Source: Mytilus californianus
Taxonomy: Eukaryota
DNA: 64,000 bases
NCBI RefSeq assembly: GCF_021869535.1
Contig: NW_026262690.1
Span: 59,768,001-59,832,000 of the forward strand
Direction: 5' to 3'
The first letter of the stretch is position 1, and each line of letters opens with the position of its first letter. The position numbers and the translations under genes were made by a program. The notes beneath the pieces are model-generated. The model worked only from the letters and a program-made list of their open reading frames with translations, was not told the origin of the DNA and made no database searches. Below are positions 62,367 to 64,000 of this stretch, piece after piece.

Positions 62367-64000
62367 TTTTTATACGACCGCAAAAATTGAAAATTTTTTG
62401 GTCGTATATTGGTATGACGTTGGCGTCGTCGTCGTCGTCGTCGTCGTCGTCTGGCGTCGTCCGGCGTCGTCCGAAGGCACATTGGTTTTCGCACTCTAAC
62501 TTTAGTTTAAGTGAATGGATCTCCATGAAATTTTACCATAAGGTTCAATACCACGAAAGGAAGGTGGGGATTGATTTTGGGGGTTATGGTACCAACAGTT
62601 AAGGAATTAGGGGCCAAAAAGGGGCCAAAAATAAGCATTTTTGTAACTTCCAGACAATAACTTGTGTGTAAGTGTATGGATCTCTCTGACATTGTACCAC
62701 AAGGTTCCATATCACAAAGGGAAGGCTGTAATTGATTTTGGGGGTAATTGCCTCAAAATTTAAGGAATTAGGGGCCAAAAAAGGGGCAAAAAACAAGCAT
62801 TTTTCTAGTTTCATGACAATAACTTGTGTGTAAGTGTTTGGATATTTCTGAAATTGTACTACAAGGTTCCATATCACAAAGGGAAAGCTGGAATTGAGTT
62901 TGGGGGTAATTGCCTGAAACGTTTAGGAATTGGGGGCCAAAAAGGGGCCAAAAATAAGCATTTTTCTAGTTTCCAGACAATAACTTGTGTTCAAGTGTAT
63001 GGATCTCTCTGAAATTGTACTGCAAGGTACCATACCACAAAGGGAAGGCTGGGATTGAGTTTGGGGGTGATGATCATAAGGGGGTTCAAAAAATTTGGGG
63101 GGGGGGGGGGGGGGGTTCTGTTTTTTTTCTTTTTTTCCTTTTTTTTTTCTTTTAAAATTTTCCATTTTAAGTTGGTTATTTCTGATTAATATTTAAAAGC
63201 AAATAATAATGATATGGTAGAAGATACACACCAAACAGGATGTGTAAATTATTATATAATAAGTATTGTGCAATAGCAAGAAATTTTCAATTGCACAGTA
63301 TTGCACAATTGCAAGAAATCTTCAATTGCACAGTATTGCGCAATAGCAAGAAATCTTCAATTGCACAGTATTGCGCAATAGCAAGAAATATCCAATAGCA
63401 CAATATTGCGCAATAGCAAGAAATTGTCAATTGTACAGTATTGCACAATAGCAAGAAATATTCAATTGCACAGTATTGTGCAAAAGAAGATACTTCGTAT
63501 AAATTACTTATTTCTTGATCAATTTCAATGGGGTTTTATTCTTGAATTCTTGGGGTTCTTTAATATGCTGAATCTAACCGTGTATTAAGTTTTTGGATTT
63601 TGGGCCCCGTTTTTAAATTGGTCCACATTGAGGTCCAAAGGGTCCAAAATTTAACTTTGTTTGATTTCATCAAAAATTGAATTATTGGGGTTCTTTGATA
63701 TGCCGAATCTAACCGTGTATTTAGATTCTTAATTTTTGGTTCCGTTTTCAAATTTGTCTACATTAAGGTCAAAAGGGTCCAAAATTAAACTTAGTTTGAT
63801 TTTACCAAAACATGAATTTTTAGGGTACTTTGATATGCTGAATCTAAACATGTATTTAGATTTTTGATTATGGGCCCAGTTTTCAAGTTGGTCCAAATCG
63901 GGGTCCAAAATTAAACTTTGTTTGATTTCAACAAAAATTGAATATATGGGGTTCTTTGATATGCTGAATCTAACCATGTATTTAGATTTTTGATTTTTGG
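62367..64000 (-). mobile_element. HINE-like family A, copy Y (runs off the window)
   Basis: 3' hairpin atacgaccg...ggtcgtat, (GAC)n, four about 161-bp monomers (62540, 62701, 62863, 63024), 32-bp repeats, and a 126-136 bp satellite inverted relative to copy X. Confidence 0.75.

Noticed and set aside
62272-62602. ORFs with poly-D, poly-V or poly-S tracts
   Set aside because: They are the different reading frames of the (GAC)n microsatellite in a HINE.

Overview
AT-rich eukaryotic DNA, most likely from a bivalve mollusc (Mytilus-like). That assignment is inferred from the repeat families, not from a database search. Four protein-coding genes are supported. (1) An intronless BTB-BACK/kelch-like gene (-, 5517-7571). 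(2) Mitochondrial RNase P catalytic subunit PRORP/MRPP3 (+, six coding exons, 18143-23533, about 564 aa). (3) Golgi PAPS transporter SLC35B2/slalom (-, two coding exons, 39853-36335, about 434 aa). (4) The first two exons of proteasome subunit PSMA6 (+, 54284-54359 and 61319-61413); the gene continues beyond the window. Most remaining sequence is nested transposon debris: two LINE remnants, a hAT transposase fragment, two Penelope-like 3' ends, two V-SINEs with TSDs, several MITEs with 9-bp, TA, TTA or TTAA TSDs, and many satellite-carrying non-autonomous Helentron-like (HINE) elements. I found no rRNA, genuine tRNA or CRISPR, and no clearly new enzymatic system. The most notable observations are: the PRORP-SLC35B2-PSMA6 gene order, which joins two human loci that each flank an IkappaB gene; a probable SLC35B2/PSMA6 bidirectional promoter; a perfect 106-bp palindromic insertion; a minisatellite probably inside the SLC35B2 3'UTR; and a modular HINE family whose copies sit inside other HINEs, twice at an apparently homologous site. 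Coordinates were counted by eye and element ends may be off by a few bases.
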